A stretch of DNA of 64,000 nt from an uncultured virus (IMG/VR IMGVR_UViG_3300038954_000199) (taxonomy: Duplodnaviria; Heunggongvirae; Uroviricota; Caudoviricetes): IMG/VR virus record IMGVR_UViG_3300038954_000199, one strand, 5' to 3'. Position 1 is the stretch's first letter, and each line of letters begins with the position of its first letter. The notes under the pieces were generated by a model that made no database searches, was not told the DNA's origin, and saw only the letters and a list, made by a program, of their open reading frames with translations. This document shows, piece by piece, positions 1 through 8,209 of this stretch. The position numbers and the translations under genes are program-made.

Positions 1-55
1 CTTCGCACGTTGGCCGGGACGTGTTGTATGAATTTTATTTTTCAAGGAGATAAAA

Positions 56-244
56 ATGGACAATAAAACATGTGATTGGGTACATCAAGGTGAAGGTGAA
101 TTTATTACTCAGTGTAGAAATGAACATCAATTTAGCGGCTTATATTCACCTTTTGAGCTGGAGGAGGATGATTTTAAGATATTGAAGTTTGTTTATTGTC
201 CATACTGCGGTAAAAAAATAAACGTCATACAACAGTCGCTATGA
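56..244 (+). CDS. Small Cys-containing protein (C-terminal YCPYCGKKI zinc knuckle), cargo of a gene cassette
   Basis: SD AAGGAG upstream; CxxC motif; stop codon lies inside the attC-like site. Confidence 0.7.
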   Translation: MDNKTCDWVHQGEGEFITQCRNEHQFSGLYSPFELEEDDFKILKFVYCPYCGKKINVIQQSL

Positions 245-314
245 GGTTCCGAGCCTGACGGCTCTACACCCAGACCTGTTGCACAGGCTTCGCATAGCGG
301 CAAACGTTGGTGTC
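226..314 (+). mobile_element. Integron attC-like recombination site
   Basis: Starts with CATACAAC (226-233) and ends with GTTGGTG (306-312); inner inverted repeat CGCTATG/CATAGCG; two internal hairpins; CATACAAC is the exact reverse complement of GTTGTATG at 23-30, upstream of the ORF. Confidence 0.65.
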
Positions 315-527
315 AATAAATTTAAACAATGAATTATAGGCGGCGGAAAGACAAGAATAATAATGACCCGCCCCTGAAGAAAAATATGCGGCGGCTAAAA
401 ACAGAACAATGAATAAGATGAATACACAGAGTATAAAACTTGCCCGTTGAGTAGGCTCGCCGTTCTTGGGTCGCAATGGGTATTTTTTGATGAATAACAC
501 CCCGGCAATCAAGAAAAAGAGGGAACC

Positions 528-1322
528 ATGAACAAAAACGCGTAACAGCAATTTCTGAACGAACTCGATGATAAGCTGTGGAAAGCGGCTGACAGGTTAC
601 GAAACAGCCTCGATGCAGCCAATTACAAACATGTTGTACTGGGCATAATCTTTCTGAAATATGTCTCGGATGCCTTTGAAGAGCGACAAAACGAGCTGCG
701 TAAGCTTTTCACCGAAGAAGGCACCGAGGACAACATCTACTACATGCCTCGGGAAGACTACGGCAGCGATGAAGAGTACGAAGAGGCCATAAACGAAGAG
801 CTGGAACTTTACGAGTATTATCAGGAAAAGAATGTCTTCTGGGTTCCCAAAAATGCCCGGTGGAACTATCTGAAATCCTCGTCCGCATTGCCGATGAATT
901 CTGTCCTGGGGCACGATGAAAAGGGTAACGACATTACGATGCGTTCAATTTCCTGGCTTATCGATAACGCCTTGGAGTCAATCGAGACATACAAAATTGA
1001 CGGCAAACTTGCAAACCCCAAGCTCAAAGGCATTCTCCCGCGAATCAGACGCTACGAAGTGGACAACCGCAACCTTACCGAGTTGATAAACCGGTTTTCC
1101 GATACCAGCTTCAGCAATCCCGAATACAACGGCCACAGGCTGAATCTGCAAAGCAAAGATATTCTGGGTCATGTGTACGAGTATTTCCTCGGGCAATTTG
1201 CGTTGGCCGAAGGAAAGCAGGGTGGCCAGTATTACACGCCCAAAAGCATTGTCACGCTTATTGTTGAAATGCTCTAGCCCTACAAAGGCCGTGTATACGA
1301 CCCTGCAATGGGATCCGGCGGT
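528..1322 (+). pseudogene. hsdM: Type I restriction-modification methyltransferase subunit, 5' fragment
   Basis: Frame reads [49 protein letters not shown]...[54 protein letters not shown]; in-frame stops at 543-545 and 1275-1277; similarity ends just after motif I. Confidence 0.9.
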
Positions 1323-1336
1323 AGTGCCTTCGTCAT

Positions 1337-1645
1337 TCAGTTAATGTGTATTTTTTTAGGTTTTTCTTTTATTTTTTTAAGATCTATTACCAGAACACCA
1401 TTTTTTAGACGGGCTTCTATGTTTTTAACGTCTCCAACTTTGAAAGATCGGTTTATTTCTCCGCTATATATTTCTGAGTATGGTGCATTGTAACCTTTTT
1501 TATCGGCAAATATTGACAACAATCCGTCTTTTAAAGACACGTTAACATCTTCTTTTTCAATTCCTGGCATTTCCATAACTATTTTGTCTTCTGACAATGC
1601 TACGGGGGCAAGGTTTGATTCGTTAAAAAAACTGTTTAAAAACAT
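1337..1645 (-). CDS. Small heat shock protein (Hsp20/alpha-crystallin)
   Basis: EMPGIEKEDVNVSLKDGLLSI...RSF...IEARLKNGVLVIDL...KKIHIN; GGAGG SD. Confidence 0.9.
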   Translation of the reverse strand: MFLNSFFNESNLAPVALSEDKIVMEMPGIEKEDVNVSLKDGLLSIFADKKGYNAPYSEIYSGEINRSFKVGDVKNIEARLKNGVLVIDLKKIKEKPKKIHIN

Positions 1646-1680
1646 TAGTTCCTCCTATGTTAAGTTCTTATCATTAACAG

Positions 1681-1696
1681 TGCAACTATTATGCCA
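1681..1696 (-). promoter_or_regulatory. Putative sigma54 (-24/-12) promoter of hsp20
   Basis: Minus strand TGGCATAATAGTTGCA, GG-N10-GC spacing, ~35 nt upstream of the start codon. Confidence 0.6.
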
Positions 1697-1794
1697 CATG
1701 TTAAAATAGACTTTTTGTTCGTTTTTTCTTGTTTTGTTGACTCTAATTGTTGTATATTAAAACCGTGTAGTATCATGTTTGAACAGAGGTTTAT

Positions 1795-2280
1795 ATGCAG
1801 TTAAATTTTGGATTTTTCGATGAAGAGTATGAACAAAAAAAATATACGGAAATATTACAGGAACATATGGATTCAGTTTTTAATACGGAACATGGTTGGA
1901 AGAAATGTGTACCGGTTGGTAGTGAAGTGTATTATGATTTAGTAAAGGGTGTGTTTACAATTCGGGTGTATTCATCTATAATTGAGGGGAAATCTAGAAA
2001 ACGTGGTAAAGATGCTATAAGAGTTTGTCTTTTGGCAAATGTAGATAACAAAATGAAGGCTATTCGTAAATATCCTCGTGTAAATAGAATAGCTACGTGG
2101 GAATCTAATCTTAAACGAAGAGTAATGGAAGCCTATAATGATTATAAAACAATTCCAACGTGTCCTCGATGTGGAGCACCAATGTCTAAACGTAAAAACA
2201 AAACTACGGGAGAGGAATTTTTAGGTTGTTCTAGATATCCACTGTGTCGTTCAGTAAGGAGTTTAAATGAAACAGTATAA
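1795..2280 (+). CDS. Protein with C-terminal topoisomerase-type C4 zinc ribbon
   Basis: CPRCGAPMSKRKNKTTGEEFLGCSRYPLC. Confidence 0.75.
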   Translation: MQLNFGFFDEEYEQKKYTEILQEHMDSVFNTEHGWKKCVPVGSEVYYDLVKGVFTIRVYSSIIEGKSRKRGKDAIRVCLLANVDNKMKAIRKYPRVNRIATWESNLKRRVMEAYNDYKTIPTCPRCGAPMSKRKNKTTGEEFLGCSRYPLCRSVRSLNETV

Positions 2281-2428
2281 GTGTAAGATAAAAGGCTGGG
2301 TGACATCCGAAGAGTGTTTTCAATGTTTTAAAAAACAGTCCCCCAAAAAATTTGGTTGTAGGCCATGGTGTAAAAGAGAAAATGTTGTTGATACAATAGA
2401 AATGTCAGAGGATGGTTGTGATTCTTAA
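2267..2428 (+). CDS. Small Cys-rich hypothetical protein, 53 aa (not in the ORF track)
   Basis: AAGGAG SD; MKQYKCKIKGWVTSEECFQCFKKQSPKKFGCRPWC...; fills the gap between neighbours. Confidence 0.55.
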   Translation: MKQYKCKIKGWVTSEECFQCFKKQSPKKFGCRPWCKRENVVDTIEMSEDGCDS

Positions 2429-2434
2429 CATAAA

Positions 2435-2641
2435 TTGGATATATTGGTAATGGTTACGTTAGACTTGATTGGTAGAGATCCACTTAAGTTTAAATTTTCG
2501 TATGAAAAAGAGATGGACTTTTACAATATTTGGGATAAACTACATAGCGAGGCATCTTTTGATAAATGCATGAAAGTCATAACGGATTTTGGTGATCATG
2601 TAATTCCTGTAATGCAAATACGGAATGTTTTTCTTTCGTGA
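2435..2641 (+). CDS. Hypothetical protein
   Basis: ORF in an operon-like run; 4-nt overlap with next gene. Confidence 0.5.
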   Translation: MDILVMVTLDLIGRDPLKFKFSYEKEMDFYNIWDKLHSEASFDKCMKVITDFGDHVIPVMQIRNVFLS

Positions 2642-2934
2642 ATCCAATAATAGAATATCGTAAATTATTGTCTATAATTTCGTCTATATCTGGTGTTCCT
2701 GTGTCAGATGCTGATGCGGAGATTGCCCGGTGGGCGACAGAGTCAGAGTACTATGATGAATGGGAAAAACTTGTTCGTAATGGTAAAATTGTAGAATCTG
2801 CAAAATTGTATCTTAAATGTTATGTTGAGGATAATTTATATAACAAAGAGAATGATAATACCAATACAAACCAAAATTCACTGGAATCGTATTTGGAAAG
2901 TGAACCTTCTGGTGGTATTTTTGATTTAATTTAA
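2638..2934 (+). CDS. Hypothetical protein
   Basis: GTGA overlap with previous gene. Confidence 0.55.
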   Translation: MNPIIEYRKLLSIISSISGVPVSDADAEIARWATESEYYDEWEKLVRNGKIVESAKLYLKCYVEDNLYNKENDNTNTNQNSLESYLESEPSGGIFDLI

Positions 2935-2945
2935 AAGGATTTATT

Positions 2946-3107
2946 ATGACCTCTGTAAGTTTGCCTTATCACATGTCGTCGAAATTAACATGTTATCAAC
3001 GAGAAACTTTAAAAAATTGCAAGGTACTAGTTGATGATTTTTCTCAGAGTTTTATTATATATGGGAAAGATATTACTTTAAACGATTCTCTTGACACTAC
3101 TAATTAA
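2946..3107 (+). CDS. Hypothetical protein, 53 aa (not in the ORF track)
   Basis: AAGGA SD; open frame MTSVSLPYHMSSKLTCYQRE... Confidence 0.45.
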   Translation: MTSVSLPYHMSSKLTCYQRETLKNCKVLVDDFSQSFIIYGKDITLNDSLDTTN

Positions 3108-3119
3108 AAAATATATCTT
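3091..3119 (+). promoter_or_regulatory. Putative sigma70 promoter
   Basis: TTGACA-N17-TATCTT ending 8 nt before ATG 3128. Confidence 0.45.
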
Positions 3120-3127
3120 AACTAATT

Positions 3128-4087
3128 ATGATAAATAAAAATCCTATTGGTGGTGTTTCTGTAGGCGAATACGTAGATGGTTGGGTATTACTTCAGTCAT
3201 TAAAAATTGTACAATCTAAGACCTCTAGAAATTATATAAATTGGAGCGGATTAGATATTAATGGTGTTAAGATTTGGGGCACCTACTTTGGTCCCGATAA
3301 TGCACCGCTTCCTAAATTTGAGAAGGGTTCTGTTATATCGGTGTCTGGTCCTATTGGAGAAGGAAAGGCGGGATTAGCTGTTTGGGCACAGTCCATGACT
3401 AAAGTATTGGATGATAAGGATGTGAAAGAGTTTGAGTACGTGTGTTATCCAAGTGTTCCAGACAATGAACTATCTAACTACGTGTTCGAGTTAGAGACTA
3501 TATCAAAATCATTTACAGGACCCATTTCAAAGCTATCCCTTTCATTATTTGACTATTTTAAACCTTATCTTTATACTATTCCCGCTGGAATAGATATTCA
3601 TGAACCGGTTCGTGGCGGTTTGGCGAAACATACGTGGGATGTTGTTAAGATGTGTGAGGCTGCTCAGGAGATTATGGGCTTGGACCGGCAAGTTTTATTG
3701 TTTTCTGCGTTATATCATGATATTGGAAAAACGCAAGAATATACGGAAAAGATAACGTTTAGTAAAATTCGTGGATTGATAAGTCACACATCAATTGCAA
3801 TACAACTTATTACAGATGCATTGATAACAAAGGACATTTGTGTTTCGTCGAATGAATTGTGTCACATACAACACTGTATATTATCTCATCATGGTGAATT
3901 TTCTGAGATAAATCCCTGTACCAAAGAAGCTAATTGTTTACATTACTGTGATAATTTATGTGCTAAAATAGGGCATATCAGTGAATCTATAAGACGTGGA
4001 GAAATAGGATCGGATGGAAGAGGTAAATGGTCCAAAGTTTTAGGAACTGTTCCTTATGTTCCGGAATTAGATGACAGTGCAAAGTAG
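3128..4087 (+). CDS. YhaM/Cbf1-like 3'-5' exonuclease (OB fold plus HD domain)
   Basis: IHEPVRGGLAKHT, ALYHDIGKTQEY, HCILSHHG, EANCLHYCD; N-terminal OB-like region. Confidence 0.8.
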   Translation: MINKNPIGGVSVGEYVDGWVLLQSLKIVQSKTSRNYINWSGLDINGVKIWGTYFGPDNAPLPKFEKGSVISVSGPIGEGKAGLAVWAQSMTKVLDDKDVKEFEYVCYPSVPDNELSNYVFELETISKSFTGPISKLSLSLFDYFKPYLYTIPAGIDIHEPVRGGLAKHTWDVVKMCEAAQEIMGLDRQVLLFSALYHDIGKTQEYTEKITFSKIRGLISHTSIAIQLITDALITKDICVSSNELCHIQHCILSHHGEFSEINPCTKEANCLHYCDNLCAKIGHISESIRRGEIGSDGRGKWSKVLGTVPYVPELDDSAK

Positions 4088-4322
4088 ATATCAAAAAGCA
4101 GTAGTAACCCGTAGTATTAACCGATATATTAAAAAGGGTCTACTTATTCTTAAGATTTCAGTAGACCCTTATCAAGTTATTATTACCCCTAATTCTAAAT
4201 ATCTATTGGTTACTATTGATAATAATACGGAACGTGTAACACCAAAAACCTTTTCCGATTACGTATCAAAGTCTGGCACCTTTGGTTATTTTATAACTTC
4301 ATTTCGAAAGGCTGTGAAATGA
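4071..4322 (+). CDS. Hypothetical protein
   Basis: Overlaps both neighbours. Confidence 0.5.
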   Translation: MTVQSRYQKAVVTRSINRYIKKGLLILKISVDPYQVIITPNSKYLLVTIDNNTERVTPKTFSDYVSKSGTFGYFITSFRKAVK

Positions 4323-5368
4323 CTAGTATTAGTTTTGTTTCGTTAGATTCATTTTCTGGATTTCCTTTCTATAATAATCCTATTGATTTAACTATAGATT
4401 TAATGGGGTCTTATTGTAGGCCAGAATCTATTATAAAATCATCTGTAGGTGATTTTTATGATGACAGTATGAGATTGTTTTTTAAAACAATACTATTATT
4501 AAAAAACAATGTTCCTCATAAAGACTTGCTTTCGTTATGTCCTATAGGTGTTTTAGTTGGTAATCATATAAACGTAAATCCGGATGAGAACTTGGATTCT
4601 TTAGCATGTCATCCGTTAAAAGAAGTTCGTGATGTGGCGTGTACCTTTGGCGGTAGACCAAACAAATATATTAATCGTAGGGTTGAGGATATAGAAAAAA
4701 TTTCACACAGTCTTTGTGCAGGATATACCCCCCAAGAAGTTGGAGACGTTACAAGATGGATTTCAGATAGCGGATTTTTATCTGAGTCTATGATTGCTAA
4801 TATGTTATATCCCTGGGTGACACAGCCTGTTGGTCAACTGCGTATGCTTGTTCCATCTTTGCCAAATTCTACACGTTCTCATATTATAAAAATACATCTT
4901 GATAGAGAGCGTCTTGGTTATATTCCAAATTCTCTTGATACGGGATATGCTTATACATACGATATCATTTCTGATTTTCTTACATATCAACAATTTGGTC
5001 AGAGTAAGATACATTCTCCTATAAATATTATGAGGCAATTTAGAACACCTTTTCTTAATTTTGACTTGCCAGTGTCGTTGTTACAGCTTGGTGATAAAGA
5101 AAAGAAAATGGTAGATGATTGTGTTCAGAGGTCTAAAAAATTGTACATTGAAATGCTTAAGACGGGTCTTCGGTACGAAGCCCAATATGCTATCCTGTGT
5201 GGATTTCGTACAAGATTTTGTATAAATTGTAATTTAGCTGCAATTATAGAATTGGTAGAAGTGTTAAGTGGAAAAGATAATAAAGTTGATAGAATTATTA
5301 ACGCTATAAAAGAAGATGTTTTGAAATCTCAGACTTGGGCAGAAGGATCTGTAGATTTGTTTAAATAA
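4319..5368 (+). CDS. Degenerate ThyX (flavin-dependent thymidylate synthase)-like protein
   Basis: C-terminal half resembles long-form ThyX (YTYDIISDFLTYQQF; EAQYAILCGFRTRFCINCNLAAIIELVEV) but has no RHR motif. Confidence 0.4.
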   Translation: MTSISFVSLDSFSGFPFYNNPIDLTIDLMGSYCRPESIIKSSVGDFYDDSMRLFFKTILLLKNNVPHKDLLSLCPIGVLVGNHINVNPDENLDSLACHPLKEVRDVACTFGGRPNKYINRRVEDIEKISHSLCAGYTPQEVGDVTRWISDSGFLSESMIANMLYPWVTQPVGQLRMLVPSLPNSTRSHIIKIHLDRERLGYIPNSLDTGYAYTYDIISDFLTYQQFGQSKIHSPINIMRQFRTPFLNFDLPVSLLQLGDKEKKMVDDCVQRSKKLYIEMLKTGLRYEAQYAILCGFRTRFCINCNLAAIIELVEVLSGKDNKVDRIINAIKEDVLKSQTWAEGSVDLFK

Positions 5369-5388
5369 AAAGTAATCCTGGGGAAACA

Positions 5389-5706
5389 ATGGATATTGTT
5401 GTAACGGTACCAAAGAATCTATTAGACAAACATATAAAAAAGGATTATGTTAAAGTTGACAATGAGTTTGTTAAATTTTGGTCTGTTCCGAGAAGAGCAA
5501 AAGCTTTAAATGTGGGTGATCGTGTTTATTTTGTAGAAAATGGATATATGAAATATTACTATATCTTTTTAGGGTATGTTCATGATCCTATTTGTGAAGT
5601 TACTGGTAGAATATGGCCAGGACTTAATTTGCTTCTTAAATGTCCAGAAGTAACTTTGGATACTCCGGTTGAAAAGAATGGATTTCAAGGATTCAGGTAT
5701 TTGTAG
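5389..5706 (+). CDS. PUA-like (ASCH/EVE-type) small protein
   Basis: FW...LNVGDRVYFV and C-terminal PVEKNGFQGFRY. Confidence 0.45.
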   Translation: MDIVVTVPKNLLDKHIKKDYVKVDNEFVKFWSVPRRAKALNVGDRVYFVENGYMKYYYIFLGYVHDPICEVTGRIWPGLNLLLKCPEVTLDTPVEKNGFQGFRYL

Positions 5707-5721
5707 CATGAAAGGTGCATA

Positions 5722-6675
5722 ATGAATATTATATTTGTCGGTGGTATTTATTATTGTGAATTTTCTTTGTTTAAAGAATCACAAAACAATCCGAAAATTA
5801 ATGTTGTCTTTTGTACATCTGGTGAGTCTATGCCGGATGCAGTTGATATTGTAAAACCGAAGATAGTAACATCAAGAGAAGACATAAACAAAGTTAAAGA
5901 TGAGTTTAATCCGGATTTAACTTTATTCCGTACGTGGAATAATACAGAGATCTGGGTTAATGATGATGAACTCTTATGGTCTCAAGAAATAAATCCTACT
6001 CTTGAAGACGGTTCTAAAGAAGATCGGCCACTACCAAAACGAGGTATATTGACATATCAAAATAAAGTTTATGCAAACAATCAGGGAAAGAGGTGGCTTC
6101 CGTATTGTGTTTCTAAATATTGGGGATATAAAAAGGCATTAAAAGATATTCCGGTATTGTTAGCTACGAATTTACCGGACGTTACAAGAGGTGGATTAAA
6201 CAAACGTTGGTCCTTAGATGTATTGTTTAAACCGTTGGTTGATTGGGACAAATCTAAATTGGTTGCTTATCAAGGTTTTTACGGGGGATTAGATACTATT
6301 CCGTATATTAAACCTATTCTTAAACCAACTTATAGATCTATACATGCAATTGACTACATAAACAGAGCAAAAATTTACGTGTCTCCGTCTACGATTTTGT
6401 ATGATGAAGGATCTATATCTCACAAGACGATAGAGGCAATGGCTTGTGGAGTATGTACAATTACAAATAACTATGTGGGGGTAGAAGAAATAGTTGGTAA
6501 AGATCATGATACGATTTTGTATTCAAATAGTCCTGAAGAGACTTTAGACAAGGTAAAATATTACTTAACTCATGATTCTGAACGAGAGGCGTTAGCTAAA
6601 AGGGCATATGAATATGTTCATAAAAAATATAATTGGGAAGACCATTTTAATAGATTAATTAAGGAGATACAGTGA
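5722..6675 (+). CDS. GT-B glycosyltransferase (CgeB/Glyco_trans_1_2-like C-terminus)
   Basis: KTIEAMACG...DKVKYYLTHDSEREALAKRAYEYVHKKYNW. Confidence 0.8.
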   Translation: MNIIFVGGIYYCEFSLFKESQNNPKINVVFCTSGESMPDAVDIVKPKIVTSREDINKVKDEFNPDLTLFRTWNNTEIWVNDDELLWSQEINPTLEDGSKEDRPLPKRGILTYQNKVYANNQGKRWLPYCVSKYWGYKKALKDIPVLLATNLPDVTRGGLNKRWSLDVLFKPLVDWDKSKLVAYQGFYGGLDTIPYIKPILKPTYRSIHAIDYINRAKIYVSPSTILYDEGSISHKTIEAMACGVCTITNNYVGVEEIVGKDHDTILYSNSPEETLDKVKYYLTHDSEREALAKRAYEYVHKKYNWEDHFNRLIKEIQ

Positions 6676-7547
6676 AAATCTCTGTTGTTATCCCTACTTA
6701 TAATAGGGCAGAAATACTTTATAGAACATTATATTCTTTGTGTAGGCAAAAAGACAACAACTACGAATTATTAGTGTCTGTTGATGATGATCAGGATAAA
6801 TATGAAGAGAGTGTATCGGTTTGTAAATCCTTTATAAATGAGGGGGCATCAGTAAGATATTTTTATACAGGACAATATAAACGTGGTGATGGTTGGAGTC
6901 TGGAATCCTACCCTTATAATGTAGGAATACGTCATGCTGTTGGTGAGATTATTATTTTAAATAGCGGTGATGTAATAAGTATTTCTAATACGATTGACCA
7001 ACACCGACAGAGGCACAAAGTAGATTCAGTTTATGTTTCGACTGTTCATGCTCTTATTCAAGAAGTTCAAAATAAAATTGATGATTATGATTGGAAATCA
7101 AATCCAAGTTCTTTATTGTTTAAAGGATCTTGTTATAAAATGTTTACGGGTATAGGTAAGAGTTATACTGCGGCGTATGAGTACGAAGATGCCGGAACAC
7201 CCTACCATTTTCAGATGTCTATTCGTAAAGACTATCTACATAAAATACGTGGATTTGACGAAGACTTTTATGGTATTATGCCTTGTGGCGATGATGATCT
7301 GGCTCACCGAATTAAAAAACTTGGACTTAATTTTGTATACACTCCGGAAATATTAGCGGTTCATCAGTTTCATAAGTGTCCAGAATTAATAACAAATAAA
7401 CAGAGTCGTTCAAATAAATTAGCAGAAAGTGGTCATTCTTTATATAAAGAACGAATGTCAAAGAGTATTATAAGAAATGCAAACCATGAGTGGGGACAAT
7501 ATCCAAGAGATATGATTAACTTACCCGATATGTCAGGAGTTAAATAG
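6672..7547 (+). CDS. GT-A family 2 glycosyltransferase
   Basis: ISVVIPTYNRAEIL; GFDEDFYG...DDDLAHR; HQFH. Confidence 0.9.
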   Translation: MKISVVIPTYNRAEILYRTLYSLCRQKDNNYELLVSVDDDQDKYEESVSVCKSFINEGASVRYFYTGQYKRGDGWSLESYPYNVGIRHAVGEIIILNSGDVISISNTIDQHRQRHKVDSVYVSTVHALIQEVQNKIDDYDWKSNPSSLLFKGSCYKMFTGIGKSYTAAYEYEDAGTPYHFQMSIRKDYLHKIRGFDEDFYGIMPCGDDDLAHRIKKLGLNFVYTPEILAVHQFHKCPELITNKQSRSNKLAESGHSLYKERMSKSIIRNANHEWGQYPRDMINLPDMSGVK

Positions 7548-8185
7548 TGACGTTTAATGATTTATGTGATTTGGTAGTAGAAGTTAATAGTAAAAATACT
7601 TGGAGCTTTCTTACTTCTTTATCTAAGAAACACAACAAAAAACTGTATCCTAATTTGTCTGAGGAGGAATATAATAAATATTGGAACGGTCCGTTACAAT
7701 GTGAAGCGGCTGCTCGTTCATTAGAGAACCGGTTGGAATCATTAAAAGTTCCGTATTGCCCTTTATTTATATATACTAAATTTTTGACGAAACAGGATCC
7801 GTTACAGTTTGCTGGTCTTAATCGATCTTTATTAAATTACGTAGTAGACCATTATGTAAAGGATTTCCCGATTCCTACTTATGGGGAACTTTTACCAGCG
7901 ACTCATGCTTTGGTTGAGGTTTATATTGAAAAAATACAAAAGTATATTGTAGCAGACCCCTATGCTGGAATTGTTTATAAGGATACTAAAGAAAATCTTT
8001 TGAAAGGTGATCAAGATAATAAGAGTACTGATTTTTATAATCACTGGTTAAATACAATTTCTTATTTAAAAAATAGTATACATATTGATAACGCTACATG
8101 GGTGTACGCAACGCCCCAATTTTGGAAAGGTATATATAGAATAACTACACCAAACCCTATTAATGTAAAACTAAATTCGGATTGA
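7547..8185 (+). CDS. Hypothetical protein in the glycosylation cluster
   Basis: Translationally coupled ORF. Confidence 0.6.
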   Translation: MTFNDLCDLVVEVNSKNTWSFLTSLSKKHNKKLYPNLSEEEYNKYWNGPLQCEAAARSLENRLESLKVPYCPLFIYTKFLTKQDPLQFAGLNRSLLNYVVDHYVKDFPIPTYGELLPATHALVEVYIEKIQKYIVADPYAGIVYKDTKENLLKGDQDNKSTDFYNHWLNTISYLKNSIHIDNATWVYATPQFWKGIYRITTPNPINVKLNSD

Positions 8186-8209
8186 AGATTGAAGATTGAA
8201 GAGTAACTA

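Noticed and set aside
543..1277. Stop-codon reassignment suggested by in-frame TAA and TAG in hsdM
   Set aside because: Two different stops are involved, the gene is also truncated, and TAA, TAG and TGA all terminate intact phage genes elsewhere; a pseudogene is the simpler reading.
306..1336. A second complete cassette containing hsdM
   Set aside because: No matching CACCAAC inverse core or second attC was found downstream, and no integron integrase is present in the window.
264..1493. ORF-track entries 264-551(-), 597-914(-), 978-1196(-) and 1308-1493(+) as genes
   Set aside because: They are shadows of the attC region, the hsdM fragment or hsp20; 1308-1493 is the hsdM frame running into antisense hsp20.
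8180..8200. GATTGAA x3 before asnB as a regulatory or phase-variable repeat
   Set aside because: Only three short units spanning a stop codon, with no further support.
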